64,000 bases of DNA from Eledone cirrhosa (Eukaryota). The notes beneath the pieces are model-generated. The model searched no databases. It was not told the origin of the DNA and was given only the letters and a program-made list of their open reading frames with translations. A program made the translations under genes and the position numbers. Below, piece after piece: positions 63,669 to 64,000 of this stretch. Numbering within the stretch: the first letter of the stretch is position 1; every line of letters begins with the position of its first letter. The DNA lies in contig OZ024751.1 in NCBI GenBank assembly GCA_964016885.1, positions 31,744,001 through 31,808,000 of the forward strand, given 5' to 3'.

Positions 63669-64000
63669 AAAACTCGTTGAGAAAGTAAACCTCCGTTCCG
63701 CTTACTCTAGTAGGCTTTTATATTTATATGTGAGCTGATAGAGTACAGTCTAAGGATTTACAGAAACCCATGAAGCTAGATTTAACACCTGTCTAGTGGG
63801 TCCGGGTATGATTTTACATTCATTTAAATTATTGACGTATTGTTTTATTGACATTTTTTATCTGTTTGTCCCGAATCTTCCTCTATCGATTTTAAATCGT
63901 ATGGTTGATTGTAGACTTGTTCTATATGTGACGGTATTTTAACGATAGTTATAGCTCTGATTCATCTGAATTATTGAGCCCTCTGCCGCTCATATCGAAT

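Overview
AT-rich eukaryotic (animal) genomic DNA. The repeat content suggests a cephalopod such as an octopus, but this is inference. The main feature is the 3' ~80% of an NBAS (neuroblastoma-amplified sequence) gene on the + strand. I traced 45 GT-AG exons from 13286 to the TGA at 59393-59395; they splice into one open frame of 5560 nt (1 nt plus 1853 codons including the stop). The 5' exons were not found in this window. Upstream lie a CR1-like LINE with an intact 5' half (- strand), two multi-kb TA/TATG microsatellites and a 5'-truncated CR1-like RT fragment. The first LINE has an unusual ORF1 (Myb/SANT-like domain, polyQ, two CCCH fingers) and an ATG-less ORF2 overlapping in the -1 frame across two canonical slippery heptamers. 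The NBAS introns hold RTE LINE fragments, tRNA-derived SINEs, a nested and tandem non-autonomous Helitron cluster, long fold-back palindromes, MITEs and minisatellites. A candidate Penelope-type minimal hammerhead ribozyme lies downstream. Most ORFs in the supplied track are artefacts of repeats.
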